Source: the human T2T-CHM13v2.0 reference genome, Homo sapiens. From it: a stretch of DNA of 64,000 nucleotides. The stretch lies in NCBI RefSeq assembly GCF_009914755.1, contig NC_060943.1, one strand, 5' to 3'. A model generated the notes under the pieces. That model saw only the letters and a program-made list of their open reading frames with translations. It was not told where the DNA came from and made no database searches. Both the position numbers and the translations under genes were made by a program. This document shows positions 63,423-64,000 of this stretch, one piece after another; position 1 is the first letter of the stretch; every line of letters begins with the position of its first letter.

Positions 63423-63788
63423 AAATGTATTCTTTGCATCTGGCATAGTGTGCCCAGCGCGTGTGATCCCAGCTATGCAGGAGGATCATTTGAGTCCAGG
63501 AGTTCCAGTCCAGCCTGGGTTAACAGGTAGAACCCCTTCTCTGGAAAGAAAAAAATGTAAAAAGGCATTCTTTGTGTATTATTTTTTTGAAACAGGGTCT
63601 CCCTCTATACCCCAGACTGGAGTGCCTTGGTATCATCACAGCTTACTACAGCCTTGACCTCCTGGGCCCAAGCAGTCCTCCCACCTCAGTCCCCGGAGTA
63701 GCTGGGACCACAAGTATGCACCACCATGCCCGGCTAATTTTTTATTTATTATTCTCTTTCTCTTTTCTTTTTTTTTTTTTTTTTTTGA

Positions 63789-63998
<210 letters not shown>

Positions 63999-64000
63999 AC

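Overview
Primate, almost certainly human, DNA from chr19q13.42: the distal half of the imprinted chromosome-19 microRNA cluster (C19MC) and its 3' flank. Positions 1-50,000 are a tandem array of a degenerate, Alu-padded unit on the + strand: a ~123-nt non-coding exon (AG...AAG|GTATGT), a conserved intronic segment, and a miR-515-family pre-miRNA hairpin. I read 22 intact hairpins in the known C19MC order (MIR519D to MIR519A2). A 23rd, miR-516b-like hairpin is split by an Alu insertion, and the exon of the same unit is split by a solo LTR13. Larger spacer modules carry about 10 co-amplified, degenerate antisense U6 snRNA copies. After the last miRNA come a hairpin-less spacer that looks ancestral, processed pseudogenes of HMGN1, SEPTIN7 and RPLP1, and solo LTRs. 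No intact protein-coding gene is supported; the ORF track reflects Alus, the repeat unit and pseudogene fragments. The overall system is known, so the candidate novelties are details of its architecture. miRNA, pseudogene and repeat names come from recalled sequences, not a database search. Only informative Alus are listed, and coordinates were counted by eye.
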